This document shows positions 35,085 through 49,181 of a stretch of DNA of 64,000 nt, one piece after another. The DNA is taken from NCBI RefSeq assembly GCF_001194135.2, contig NC_069005.1:454717-518716 (forward strand). The letters run 5' to 3'. The notes under the pieces were generated by a model. It was not told the origin of the DNA. It was given only the letters and a program-made list of their open reading frames with translations, and made no database searches. This stretch comes from Octopus bimaculoides. Its lineage: Eukaryota. Each line of letters starts with the position of its first letter. The first letter of the stretch is position 1. The position numbers and the translations under genes were made by a program.

Positions 35085-36116
35085 AAACATCAGACAGACG
35101 CGGCGAGCAAGCCGAAACTTCGAAGTCACTATCAGTTCCTTGAAAATGTAGTAAATGCTCTCCACTAAAAAGCAGTGTGTGGTCCTTCAGTTAAATGTTT
35201 TTATGTATGGCTTGACTTTAAAAACAAACAAATGTGTGTATTTGAAGTGGCCACCAATTTTATAAAACAGGGAGGTGACAAATAAACCTTTTCGGATTGG
35301 AAGAATCGGAAAAAGATGGAGTATAAACAACAGACACCGAAGTGAAATGAATGTGATTCATTATTTATACTGTGGTGCGGTATTATTTTAGTTTATCTAA
35401 GAATGTGAAACCTGTGTTTGTTCAGTGATATAATAGTTCAGGGTAAGATGGATAAATAAGAATTTAGAGTACGAAGTCAAGATCGTGATGCTAGGAGGAC
35501 ATGTAGAATTTTTATTGAGTTATTATTATTATTATTTCAACGCTCTCTATATTCCACACAGTAATGTGTATACGTATATATATATTATGTAATTTTAAGT
35601 TGTGTTGTTGAATCAGAAGAAGTGGTGTGTCTCCTCTGCTAGTTTTCTAAATATGTCTCCGCCCACTCAAGCAGTTTTTTCCTATGAAATGAAACACAAA
35701 AATTTCCTTTCATGCACGGACTTCCGTGTTTTTAATTTCTCGATTAAAAACAAAAACAATGTGTCAATAAATACGTGATTTTCTTCCCATAATAACAACT
35801 GTTGCTTTGGTCGCCACGACCAGAAAGATGCACCACCCCCAGGCCAGATTCTCCCTGGTCGAGCCCCAAAAATGTATAAAACCACTTTAGAATCGAAACT
35901 GTCCCGTTGTTTTGTTTTTTGTTTGTTTTGGTAGACTCCGGCCAGAAGTGATGTGGCGAGAATGCGTACCTCCTGGGGCAGGGTATCAGTTTCCTGACTC
36001 CCCGAACCCCGGGCTCCCCACCAAAAATACAGGTTTATACAGCGTTGCCCGAGGTGGACCGCCCCTTCGTCCAACCCCTACTACAGTTTATGTCCTTATG
36101 TCCAGTTATGTCCTTA

Positions 36117-36165
<49 letters not shown>

Positions 36166-39100
36166 GATGCTAATGTACGATCTGAGGCGAATTTTGCTAT
36201 TGTTTCTGACGAACCAGCGAGCGGCCGTGTAAGAGACTTTCTCCATAGTTGTCATCCATAATATTTCTTGTCTGTTTATAGTGCAGAGGGGGGTGGGCAA
36301 TGATTGCTTCTATTTGTGCCAAACGGAAATCAAAACCAATAACGATACAACAAAATAGGTGAGGCTAATGTCTCGAGCGAAGTAATATATATTCTTGGAT
36401 AGATAGATAGATAGATAGATATAATTAATGGTGTTTCACTGCTTTCGGATCAAAAGGTTTTCATTTTAATATTTGCCTTTACAACTTCCAATTAATTCTC
36501 GATAAAAAAAAAAAATTCTTAAAACACCGATCCGTTTAAATCTGGTTAATTGACTTTTACCTTTCGTCTCTTGGGATTGATAAAAAAAATATCTGTAATG
36601 TTCTGGGATCGATTCAAAATTTATATTTATATATATATATATAAATCGTACGGTATTTTGTTTATTATTTGCTATTAATTCTGACTACCCTGCCTTTTTA
36701 TTTATTTATTTGCTAACATATTTCATGCAGTGTGCGGTTCAACTTGTTGCTTATGTCAGCAACGACCTTCTTAGGCTGACGACATATTACTGTTGTTGTT
36801 GTTGTTATTATTATTATTATTATCATTATTTTTATTATAAATATTATTATCATTATCAGATACGTGTGTGTGCACGCGCGTATGTGTATCTGTACACACA
36901 CACTCACACACGAAAGCTAATGCCGCAGAACGATTTCGTTGTCGGTTGTGGAGAGGTCTTTCTATGAAGCAGTGCCAACACTACGATGTTTATCCTCGTG
37001 TGCCCACATCTGTAGTGTGTGTGTGTAAGGTAGACTCTCTCGTATGAGTTGAGAAAGCTTCAACTAATTAAGATTATCTAAGCAGTTAGTGGACAAAATC
37101 TCCCTCTAGGCGTGTTAAAAACCTGAAAGACAAGGGATTCAATTCCACTAAAATCAAATAATCAAATTTTTTTTTTAAATAAAAGTGTCGAATCGTGTCT
37201 GGTTTTTGAATCCAACTGGTGAAAGTAATGTACATGTTCCTGTCTCATTAAACCTCTTCAACTAAGCATCTACTCAGTTGGCAAGACTTAGAACGATTTA
37301 GTTGGTTTGTTTGTTTTAACGTCCGTTTTTCCATGTTTACATGGGTTAGATGAATATGTTATTGAAGTATTGTTTTACAATGCTAGATGCCTTTCCTATC
37401 TCTAACCATTACTTGTGAAGAATATTTTATTCCCTGTGGCTTCAGAGGCATGAATCCAGAAAATAATCTGTTGATGAGAGCTGACAACAATATCACCTAC
37501 AAATTGCAACTTAGCTAGATGCAAGCAAGCTATATTGTCATCGTCAATGTTTTGGTGTTCATTTTTCCATGCTGGCATGGGCCAGGTGGAGTTTGCTGAG
37601 GCATATTTTCTGTAGCTGGATGCCCTCCCTGTAGCCAACCTACACTTGTTTCCCAGTAAGCTAATATTTCCTCATGGCAGGACACATTTTCATAGAAGAT
37701 TGGAAACAAAGAACACCACTTGTATGAAGGTGACACTCGTTTACAACTGTCATGTGATGTCAAGGAAAAAGTGACACACACACACACTCACCCCACCATA
37801 TGCACACACACATGCACACGCACACCTACATTTTCCGGTTAGCATTATTCTTGGTATGGTTCCAGTAGTGGTGCACTGGTTCAGGGGTTCCAGTGTTTTG
37901 ATTAAAGAAAAGAATGTTTGTTAGTTCAATGGATTCGTTTATCTCAGACGTTGTGGGTTAAAATGACTTTTGTGTAAGATAGATTTACTTTCTATAAGGG
38001 TAGATTTTAACATGAACTNNNNNNNNNNNNNNNNNNNNNNNNNNNNNNNNNNNNNNNNNNNNNNNNNNNNNNNNNNNNNNNNNNNNNNNNNNNTGGGGTG
38101 GGGGTGAATAAGACCTGAGATTTATCAATGTCTTGTGATCAATTATATTTATCTATTGATTTAAATTTTATCTGAAGGTTTTTTGAAGTAAAAAACTGAA
38201 TTGACAATCATAGCATTTGAACTTTAGAACTTTCTAATATCATCTACACAAACAATACCACATCAGTGAGAAAGCCTATATCCAGTCACTCAGCTTGCTA
38301 GAAATAGCAGCAAAATCTCTCTTTTGTCTTGAAAAAGGAAAACAAGGGTGTTTTATATGTAGTCCTAGATGCATTATGTCTCAGAACCATAGATGTGATG
38401 GTCAAGGTTGTAATGACTTTGATCAGATATGTATGGTCATATGTGACCTAGGGTTAAACACTAATAACAGTCATTAGAGACTTAGTTTTGATCTCTGAAA
38501 GAAGCCGAGAACTTTGTTGCTTAGTTATATGGCTCTTGTTGTTAGCCGTGGGTCTGTTGATGTTTCGCCAATCGGTCAGTCGAATGATTTCACAGCCATA
38601 GTGAAAGTGACCCGTCGAGGAAGCCGAGCAATCCCAACAAACCCAACAGTTTGTCAAATCTGTTTTACTTGGAGGAGACGTAAATTCTGTGAGGTACCAG
38701 CAATTGAGGCAGCCCACTTAGAGGAGCAAGGAAGTGATTCAGCGTTGAGGACAGGCACTTAAGCCTTGACTGATGACAACCTCTCAAATGCTTGTGATGG
38801 GATAAAATGCATACAATCCATGCTGTGCAAAAGTGGCTAAATTTATGAAACCAAAATAAACAGCTTATATAGTAAAATTAATCAGTTTTATTCTGTTACT
38901 GGAATGAAGGGCAGTAATTAGGGGTCAGGAGGCATTGTGAGGCCTGTTTGACCTTTCAGTGTAAGAAGAAATGGACATAAAACACTGCTACGTGTGGTGG
39001 TGGTGGTGGCACTAAGGAGTCTTCTTGGTCCAATAAGTTAGCCTCTGCATGGTTGCTCACCCTGCTAGAAATAACAAACTCCCCTTAAATCACATCAAGA

Positions 39101-39385
39101 TAACAGCAATGTAGTAGTGGTAGTAGTAGTAGTAGTAGTAGTAGTAAGTGTTAGATACCCTGGGTGATCATGGTTACTGTGTTACTGATTATAAAAGACT
39201 ATACAATGAAATGCTTGTATTTGGGTTAAACAACATAAGTCTCCCTACTGGATGAGTTATTTCTATTTCAAACATAAACACTTTTCTGTGTCGCACATAT
39301 TTTAAATGCTTTGGTTTGTTGAGTTTTATTCTTTTTGATTCTCAATTCAAATATGAGACATTATCAATGAAACCANNNNNNNNNN

Positions 39386-39426
<41 letters not shown>

Positions 39427-41759
39427 ATATATGGTTGAGGGTAGCAGTTGTGATTGACCTAAAAGAAGATGGAGGCAACCACTCTACCTGTGGGGCATGG
39501 CAGTATTTTGGTTGGCATCGGTTACTTCAGAAGGGTTAGAAAAGGGTCTGTAAAAAGGGAATAAAGTTTCAGCTAAAATGTTCTTTTACTCATGTATGTG
39601 TGTGCATATACATGCACACACATACATATACACACATTCACCAGAATGTTCCATGCTGGTTCTAAATATCTCATGCCATCAACACATGACTAACAAAATA
39701 CTCCACCAAGACATCCAATATATCAGAGAGAGACAACAATATGACCACCCGGGCTGTGATTTATTGGTCAGTGTTATAAAGAAGAGTCTGGTTGCTCTTG
39801 TATGGCAACCTTTTATTTTTGTATTTCTTTGTGTTATAAACTTTACTTCCAAATGTCAGTTTTACGTCCTGCCAGGATCAGCTTCCTCTTTCATCCATCT
39901 CGTATCAATAAACTAAAGCACCAGTGTTGAGTACTGACGTAGATCTGATTGACTATAACCCTTCATCACAAATCTAAAGCCTTGTGCTTGGGATGGAAGT
40001 TAATTTTATGCTTCTGCTACAACTTAGACTCATGAGTCATTGCCATTCTATGCTGTTTGTTTATAGCCACAGCTGGACTCTACCATTAAGAATGGAGAGT
40101 TTTAAGGACATGCGGCAAGACACTGTAAAAGTTGATTATAATTATCTGTAACTCCAAATCACTGATGTGATCTCTTTAATTCCATACATTTAATTGTTGA
40201 TGGACATTGCACCGTCTTTACCCTTATCAAAGACGGTTGATTAAAGTCAACTCTTGATTTCACTTATCAGTCCACACTTGTTTTCATTAATTAGTTTTTA
40301 ATAAGTACAAATGTAACATGTACTCACCCTTCGTTACCATATTTCTCTCAAAATATCTTTGTCATTATTATTATGAAACTGATGTTTGGAAGATGAATTA
40401 ACATGAAATTCTGATGTGCCTCGCGAGTGAAATTGTGAGATGGTTACTGTGCTGAAACCCTTCGTATGCCTCTGTGTGTGTGTGTGTGATTCTCCAGGAA
40501 GCTGGCTTGTAAGAACCTATTTCTTATTCAGGAAGGGCATCTCCCTCAGATATTTAATATTTGTAATTCATATATGTGTACGTGTGTGTGTGTGTGTGTG
40601 TGTGTCTTGAACATCTTTGGAAAAATGGTGTCTATGTTCATATCCCATAACTTAGTGGTATAACAAATAGAGATTGTTAAAATAAACACCAGACTTTAAA
40701 ATATAAGTTGTGTGTGTGGTGTCATTTTGGTTGAGTGGAGCCTTTCAAATCATTGCCCCAGCATGGCCACAATCCAGACTGACTGACTGAAACCATCAAA
40801 ACATTAAAAGAGTATCAGTAGTGTGAGATAAGGCAGATTCAGCTGCTACTTTTGGCAGGTCAAGCAAAGCAACTGCATAAAGGCTTCTCTCAAGGCTTGC
40901 TGGTGTATCATGGGATGTGTCTGTTTAGATTTCATTTTGTTTGTTCTACGCACAGATATTTCCTTCTTGCTATTTTTGTTTGCTGCTATTTGTTCTGTCC
41001 CACTGCAACCATTGCTTTATCATCTAATCTTGGCAAGCTTGCAGTTACCTTCAGCTCAGCATCATATCCCCATCTACCGCAATTGTCTCTGAGCACTCAC
41101 CTCCCTATCACTGTGACTGTTTCTCCTGGGCCTTCCTTGGCCTTTACTCACCTCTGAGCACTTTCTGTAGCAAGGACCCCCTTCCAGCACCTTTTTTTCA
41201 CTGAGCATCCATTCACAATTACACATCAATGCTTATATAATTAATTCTCTTTCCTGCACACCTCAACAAAAGTATTCAACATTCAGTTACCTTTCCAACT
41301 CATTTTTACGCTGCCTTTCATCTTTCTTGCAAGTTGACATAAATTGTGATTAATGTCTCCACAAACTAGATTTACATTCCAAATTCACTGCTGAACCGAC
41401 TAACCTTGTCCAAAGGCCCACCATTAATGACCATGGGATCCCTAGTCTCTTTAACTTCATAACCGTTTAGTGATGTCTATTTGTTTCAAAGTACATTGCT
41501 GCATGTAGCAAGGTCCTTATATATATATATATATATATAGAATGTTTGTACTTTAAGGGGTTCTACAAACCCCTTAATTATGGAGCCCTGCATTGTGTAC
41601 TTGTACTCAAATAATTGTATAATATTGTTTTTGATGTTGCTATTGTTGTTGTTGTTCTAGTGTTAGACATTTACTTTTCAATATTATAAACCCATGTTTG
41701 TGATCTTGACCATTTTCTGTTTGTTTCGATTTTTTTCCTCTTTATGATGTGTAATTTTG

Positions 41760-42060
41760 TTTAAATTCTCTCTGGTACCGATTGGTCATTTTTAGGAAAC
41801 GTTTCCAATTCCTGGTTTCATTTTGCCAAAGCTAAACCACTGCCGCCTGGTAAGACCTTCCAAATACTCTCGCTTCTCTGCTTCCTGTTCTCTTTTAACT
41901 CTTTCCTTTAAAGTCTTGGAGCTGGACAACTCTTCTATTCTTTTATTGAACTCGGTACTAAGTCGCTTTTTCGGTAGAAGAGACTCGTATTGATATTGGT
42001 AGATTACTGATATTTATTTCTGTTAAGGCATTTGGTACACTTCAGACAAAATGCTGCCCT
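41760..42060 (-). mobile_element. Probable LINE ORF2 C-terminal remnant
   Basis: Open frame ..SKTLKERVKREQEAEKREYLEGLTRRQWFSFGKMKPG resembles the K.L..Y...K.....E.YL..L.R.QR..F.K.R.G region of L2/CR1-type LINEs as recalled; in-frame stops lie upstream. Confidence 0.4.
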
Positions 42061-42083
42061 CCACTACGCTAAATATTAGTTGT

Positions 42084-42148
42084 AATTATGGTTTGCAATT
42101 ATGGTTTGCAATTATGGTTTGCAATTATGGTTTGTAATTATGGTTTGC
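42084..42148. repeat. 13-bp tandem repeat x5 (AATTATGGTTTGC)
   Basis: Direct inspection. Confidence 0.9.
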
Positions 42149-42588
42149 AAAGTCTGCTGGCATTTATGAAGGATATTTGAGTGTAAACCACAGCTACCAT
42201 AAAAGTAATGTCTTCAAACAGCTTACCACAAGTGGTTTGGCTGCTATTTCTTGCGGGTGAAGTGATCACATAATGGCTTTCTCTCAGCTTGAGGTCACGT
42301 AACTAAATATTCTACAACAGTAAGTTTGTTAAAATTTCATGAAATGGAATAAATTATTTTAGTTTCATCTGCTTCCTTCCTGCAATTAGCTCACAAACGG
42401 GATTCAACTGGGAGTTTATTTTCTGCTTGATGATTCTAGCCAAACATTGAGAATATAAAACTGGAAATAAATATCAAATGGATGGAATCTCTCTCAGTTT
42501 CAATAATGAGAATTCAATCATTTAATCACCTGGAATTGCTGCTCATTGAATTGTCATGTGACCGAATATTCCACAGACACATGTAATC

Positions 42589-42805
42589 TTAACCCTTTAG
42601 CATTCAGATTATTCTGTCAAATTTAATCCTTATTTATTCACATTGTTTTCAACTAATCCTGCATTATCTTGTAGCTTCGAGATTTTGATGATGTGATCAG
42701 TAGTAATTAGTGTGACATTATAGGATAGGTGTGAAAGGCCAGATCTGTTTTGAACATAAAACAAGTAGAATATCAGGGCAGGGGTATGGCTAGTTTAAAG
42801 GTTAA
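42589..42805 (+). mobile_element. Half copy of the piggyBac-like MITE
   Basis: Starts TTAA|CCCTTTAGCATTCAG and ends AAAGG|TTAA. Confidence 0.7.
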
Positions 42806-44003
42806 AGAGTAGAGTAATTCTCAAAACAGAATCAGTGTGACAAGGCTGGACATTTGACTCACTGGTAGAATTCATTTGATGGGCTTCTTTACAGTTTCCA
42901 TTTACCCAACTTTACTAACAAGGTATGGCCTGAGGTTGACCTGGGGATTGTGCAAAATGATATTTAACCAAAATGTCACACAGTGAGATGGAATAATTTG
43001 CCTGAGAGATGACAAGGGGGCATGCCTGTTAACCCCTTTTGTTACCCTTTTTCTGTTGAGATTCTCTGTGTTCCTTTCAGTTAATTCTAAATATAACAAA
43101 GAATTTAGTAAAATAACTGTTTAATAAGATAAACTGTTGAGAGTGGGAAGCCTTTACAAGATCATTTGACCTGCTGAAAATAGCAGCTAAAACACCCTCA
43201 GATTTCATTCTGATGACTTAAAATACAGAATGGTTCATTGAGCAATAGAGTCTATAACAAGGTCATGGGTGTAATGTGCTTGATTAGGTTCTATCATCTA
43301 ATGATGTCATGCTTATTCTTTTGTTTGTTTTTTTGCTATTTTGCTGCTGCTGCTACTACTACTACTACTACTACTACATTTATTTTGTTCTACTTTGTTT
43401 TATGATATTCTTGTTCTGCAAGTTCCCACAATTTGACTGCAGCCTTCAAAGGTTTTAGTCAGTTGACCCCCCCCNNNNNNNNNNCTTCAGCCTGGTACTT
43501 ATTTGATCAATCTCTGTTTATCTACTGGTAGGTCACCTAGCTTTTTTTTTATAACATCAGTTTTTACACTGCTTAACAATAAACACACACACACACATCT
43601 CTCTGTCTATTTGTTTGTGTAGATATTTTGTAAATTGTAAACCGGAACCTTCTCTGTGACCGAGTTTCATGTTTCCAGCCTATGAGAATGTGAAACCTGG
43701 AGTAATTGTTTGTGAAGTTTTTAGCTTAGAGTAAATAGGACCAAATGGACGAGTAAATTGGGCGAAATATTGTAATATTTTGTTTTTGAGTAGCCTTTTT
43801 ACTCCTCCTCCTTTGCCCAATTCTTTGGAGCATAACATAAATGCATGCACACACACACACAGCGCTGTTTAATTTCACTTTGATAGCACAAACTGGTAAT
43901 TAAAAGCATTCCAACCGTGACCAACCCCACTTTTCCTATGTCCAGCACGAATATTATCCAATGGGTTCTTTGTGTGCATGGGTGTGAGTGTGTTGATTTG
44001 AGG

Positions 44004-44228
44004 CAGCGTTTCTCAACTGGGTTTCCCTGGAACCCTAGGGTCCCATGAGAAAGAGTGAGATAAACTAATGCTAATTTCATGATGGTAGTATTACTATACA
44101 TACACAACATATTATTGTAATATTGTAATATAGACATCATCCTATCTAACCTATTATGTTATTAAGAAAATATAACAACCATTGGGAATATATTAGAGAT
44201 GTCTGTAATATATGGACACCGTGTACTA

Positions 44229-44287
<59 letters not shown>

Positions 44288-44421
44288 GTGATATTTACCA
44301 CGTGAACTATGATGAAGGAAATATGAGAAAGTCATGGTATATAATTTTTTTGGTGCAGGCATTCTTTCAGAAGTAATTTATTTTAAGGGTTACACAAGGG
44401 TAAAAAGGTTGAGAAACACAA
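44004..44421. mobile_element. hAT-type MITE with perfect 8-bp target-site duplication
   Basis: TIRs CAGCGTTTCTCAAC / GTTGAGAAACACAA; TSD ATTTGAGG at 43996-44003 and 44422-44429. Confidence 0.85.
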
Positions 44422-44828
44422 ATTTGAGGGTTTGGTTGCTATTTCTAGCACTGAATGACCATATAGAGGCTCCTTCTATGGTTCATGCTAGTGATGGTGG
44501 TGGTAGTGGTGGTGATGATAATGCTGATGATGATTTACTAATTCCAATATATTTTATTGATCTAAATCCATTTTGGTTAGTGAAGCATTTAGCATAACAA
44601 TATTTGGTGTTCTTAATGTGAAACTAGTGCAATTCTGTTGCACTATGTTGAAACTGGTGCACATTTGTTGCACATTCATCTTTTGAGTGCTTTCCAGTCA
44701 ATTACCTGTTCATTGATGTCATTCTATGGCGAAGAAGAAGTTCCATTTGCAATCATTCCATTCTAGGTTCAATCTCACTGTGTGGTACATTCAAGGAAAG
44801 CCCCCTCTCTCTCTCTCTCTCTCTCTCT

Positions 44829-44866
<38 letters not shown>

Positions 44867-45792
44867 CACCACTGTCAACATTATCATTGAACATCCGCTT
44901 CCCATGCTGGTAGGGGTTGGACGGTTTGCCTGAGGACTGGCGAGCCAGGAGGCTGCACCAGGCTCCCATTTCATCTGGCAAGGTTTCTACAGCCAGATGC
45001 TTTGCAGCTTTTTACCATTTTACCATTACGGCGTCTACACAGGCTATATTCCTTAATGTCTGAGAAGAGTTAACGTTGTCTTGTGTTCCCAAAACGTGGT
45101 TCTAAATATTCATCTTTGCCAGAATAAAGAGATGATCTTTAATGGAATTCAAACTGAGAAATAGCCAGGAAAATCTAATTGTTGTGCCAGGCTGTTCATT
45201 AAGCTATCAATAGTCGTTACTCAACATCTTTGTCATTATTTGTTGTGTTGTTGTTTTTTCATGAACACACGGTTTTCATGTAATTCTGATGATTACATAC
45301 TTCTGTGCATACCTGCATATATGTAGGCAACTATGTATACACATATACAACGAAATTCATACATATATATATATATGTTGTACAAACACATACGTTGTAT
45401 TCATGTATGTATACTCATAATATAGTCATCCATGTATATGCATACACACCGATAGTTATACATGTTATACATTCACACACATCTCATACACAAACATCTG
45501 TTCAATATAACGCAAACATGGAACAGCTGCAAAAAAATTTGATATTTTTACTGCAGTAAATAGAAATCAAGGTGTTTACTTCTTTTTTTGTTATTATTAT
45601 TTAATTTCTGCAGACGGGGATTTTTTTTATATTTTGAATTAGAAATTATTATATTTCTATTATAACTCTTTTGTCTTCATTTTGTTTTTTCTGTCAAAAA
45701 TTCATGACCTAGGAAAATGGTTGCTGACCATTAAGAACATTGTGCACTCAAATTTATACGTTATGCTTGTGGCTCTGCTGATGATTTTATAT

Positions 45793-45945
45793 ATATTGGG
45801 TCATCCCATAAATAATGAGGTTTTTTTCAATTGTATGAACTAAAAGTCAGAGGGGGACGAGATAAACTACCTGCATCAATTCGCTATAAAAGCAGGAAGC
45901 AATTTTACCTTGTACTTATTCTTAGTGAAGAACTTTTTTGCCATG
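45793..45945 (+). mobile_element. Probable mariner 5' end (TIR, TATA-like CTATAAAAG, up to ATG)
   Basis: TATATTGGGTCATCCCATAAATAATG terminus resembles mariner TIRs; truncated at the putative ATG. Confidence 0.45.
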
Positions 45946-46410
45946 ATCATCTTTGGTGTTACAAGGTCTCTCACTCAACTGTGCTCCACACATAATAAGG
46001 GGTTTGCAGTCTGGAGAGTTAGGTGGCCAGATTTTAGGGGTGATGTGGTCGCAGAAATTGTCTGACAGCCATGACTGGGTTCTCCTGCTTGTGTGGCATG
46101 GTGCAGAGTCCTGTTGCCAGACACAAGGTCTTCCAGCAGCCATTCTCTTGACCCAGGGCAGCACTACCTCCTCCAGGCACTTGATGTAGGCCCCCCCCCC
46201 CATGTTGAGTCTGAGGCCATGTGGGAAAATGAATGGAGGCCTAGTGTTGCCATCACTAGTGATCACTCCAAACACCATGAGGTTGACTGGATGTTTGATG
46301 TTTATCCCTCTCGGTACATGATTTGGGGACACGGCAAGCCAATGGTTGTTCTGTGTGTTCACCATCTGATCCTGGCAGAAATTTTTCTCATCTAAGAAAA
46401 ACCAAAGCAT
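45945..46410 (-). mobile_element. Tc1/mariner DDE transposase remnant
   Basis: FLDEKNF...MVFGVITSDG...WQQDSAPCHTSRRTQSWL...WPPNSPDCKPL. Confidence 0.88.
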
Positions 46411-47186
46411 GTTCAGTTGGAGGAGATGCTTGAGTCTCGAAAAAGTGAAGATGAGGGCACATCTGAGCAGATAGATGGGTTGTTGTATCAGTTGAGTTCA
46501 AAAGATGGGGCGGTGGGGGTGACACTAGGGATGGTGATTAACCCTGAAACTAAGGAGAGAGTTGGATCTTATTAAGTTTATTTATTCATCAATTTACATT
46601 TCTGTCCTTTGTATGTCATTAAATATAAAACAACCTCAGATATTTATTACTCATACAAGAAGAAGACTTACACACACACACACAAACACACACACATACA
46701 CACCTTTTGTATTTCATCCTTTGAAAAATGAATGTTAAAATGACGATAGAAATAGAAAAAAAACAAGAATCTGATGAAACAAGTGATTTTTTTTTTAATA
46801 TTTTATTTATTTATTTATTTATTTGCCAATTCAAATCATCAATAATTTCTTCAGAATCTGTCTTTTGTTATCTTTATGAACCAATTTCTATTTCTTGTCT
46901 CTTATTTTCTCTCTCTCTCTTTCTTTTTATCTATATTTACAACTTCTTTTTTTTCCAACTTCTTAAAATCTTTATTGTTGTCTTCTTCTTCTTTATACAC
47001 AACTAGCTTTGTTTCTTTCTCTCTCTCTCTCTGTCTCTCTCTCTCTGCCTCTCTCTTTCTCTCTCTCTCTCTCTTGCCAGTCTTTTGCAAAGTGTTTGCT
47101 CCTCAGTCTCTCTCTCTCTTGATTTCCTACACTTTGTCTAACCATCTCCTCCTCTTCCTTTTTCCCTCCTTGTCACTCACCTCCAA

Positions 47187-47218
<32 letters not shown>

Positions 47219-47362
47219 CTCACTGCTAACACTCCTCTTTCTTTTATCGTAAACATAAGATAAAAGCCACAATGTCTCAAGTTTATCAAGACTTTTCTAG
47301 GATCGGTTCATTTGACTGGAGAAAACTGTTGTCCACAAAGAAATTTCTGTTCACTGCAACCT

Positions 47363-47753
47363 TTAACCCCTTCACATTCAGATTACTCTGCCAAAGGTTT
47401 CCATTGTACTCAATTAATCATGCATTATCTCATAGCTATGAGGTTTTGTGGATGTGATTATTTTTAGAATGACATTGTAGGATAGGTGCAAGAAGCAGAA
47501 GCTGGCCAATTTCAACACAAAACAAGTAGAATATTCAACCCAATTTAGACCTTAAACCAGCCATAACTGGCCCAAATATTCTACCTATTTTAAGTTAAAA
47601 CTGACCAGATTCAGCCTTTCACACCTATCTTACAATGTCATTCTAAAAATAAACAATCACAGCATCGAAATTGCAAAGCCATGAGATAATTCATGATTAA
47701 TTGAAAACAATGTGAAAGAATTTGACAGAGAAAACTGAATGCTAAAGGGTGAA
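47363..47753. mobile_element. Complete palindromic piggyBac-like MITE (about 190-bp arms)
   Basis: TTAA|CCCCTTCACATTCAG ... CTGAATGCTAAAGGG|TGAA; the two halves are reverse complements throughout. Confidence 0.8.
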
Positions 47754-49099
47754 AGAGATATCTCTTCTCTCCACAACCGATTAAATATGGAGTTTAAATA
47801 AATCTTATGTGATTCTAGAGTCGAGATATTTGTAGCAGAGTAAATGTTGCAGTATACTGTCTTGTGTACCTCAATGACCCTGAAAGCCAAGCTACCGAAG
47901 TGCAAGCTCTTAGCAGGGTCACCCATGCTAGACAGATCACAGGAAAGAGGCCAGACTAATCTGGATCACCCCTTCCCAGGGGTAAAAATGGGCTTCTGTA
48001 GAGCCAATGCTCCTACTTAGAAAAAAAAGTAAAGTTGCAGAAGCTTCTGCAATTTTATCATTTTGAGTTCAATAAAATAAGTAGCGTTTGAACCCTAGAA
48101 GACCAATGTAATCAACTTATCCCCCCTCCCTGGAAACTGCTGGCCTTGTACCAATCTTTGAAACCAATATTATTCAGGATTTTCAAATTAAGGCAACGAT
48201 GTATTTCAATAGAAACCCAACAGCAAAAGAGTCAAGCACATCCAACCAGGCTCTTCTATTCGACACTCTCTACTCTTTCCGTTGTTTTTCTCAATCTCTG
48301 CCCAATCCTCTCTCGTTCTGTTAACTCTTCTCTTATCAATTGTTTCCTTCACTTACTGGCCTACTTTTTACTATTCACATCTCATCTAGTTTACTCTCTT
48401 TGCCAAATGACATCATAACGGACACTCCCTTGTCCGTCCACTTGCACCCTTGAAACCGTGCATTAAACTATGCTGGTTGCTATGGAAATTAAGTTGGCTG
48501 CAAATGTTTTTTGGTGGGGTTTTAAAAAGTTTTGAAGTAGATTAGCTGCAAGTGACAGCAGTGACATCTGATAATTCCATGTAAACAATCTGTAACATAA
48601 CTAATGTGTACAAAGATATATATATATATATANNNNNNNNNNNNNNNNNNNNNNNNNNNNNNNNNNNNNNNNNNNNNNNNNNNNNNNNNNNNNNNNNNNN
48701 NNNNNNNNNNNNNNNNNNNNNNNNNNNNNNNNNNNNNNNNNNNNNNNNNNNNNNNNNNNNNNNNNNNNNNNNNNNNNNNNNNNNNNNNNNNNNNNNNNNN
48801 NNNNNNNNNNNNNNNNNNNNNNNNNNNNNNNNNNNNNNNNNNNNNNNNNNNNNNNNNNNNNNNNNNNNNNNNNNNNNNNNNNNNNNNNNNNNNNNNNNNN
48901 NNNNNNNNNNNNNNNNNNNNNNNNNNNNNNNNNNNNNNNNNNNNNNNNNNNNNNNNNNNNNNNNNNNNNNNNNNNNNNNNNNNNNNNNNNNNNNNNNNNN
49001 NNNNNNNNNNNNCTGGGCTCCAGTTCAATATCTGGACCCTGTAAAATAGTCAAAATGCATTTGTGTGTTTGTGTGAAAGTTATGGACAGCAGGATGTAT

Positions 49100-49100
<1 letters not shown>

Positions 49101-49157
<57 letters not shown>

Positions 49158-49181
49158 GGTAGTAGTGGTGGTGGTAGTAGT
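49101..49181. repeat. (TAG)n/(TGG)n microsatellite
   Basis: Direct inspection. Confidence 0.95.

Noticed and set aside
38460-38770. High-complexity stretch with several open frames, including a TM-like segment (ELCCLVIWLLLLAVGLLMF)
   Set aside because: No consistent splice sites or recognisable family; probably a decayed element.
41782-42010. About 72-codon charged, helical-looking antisense frame as a nested gene
   Set aside because: No start codon, in-frame stops upstream and a weak acceptor; better explained as a LINE ORF2 C-terminal remnant.
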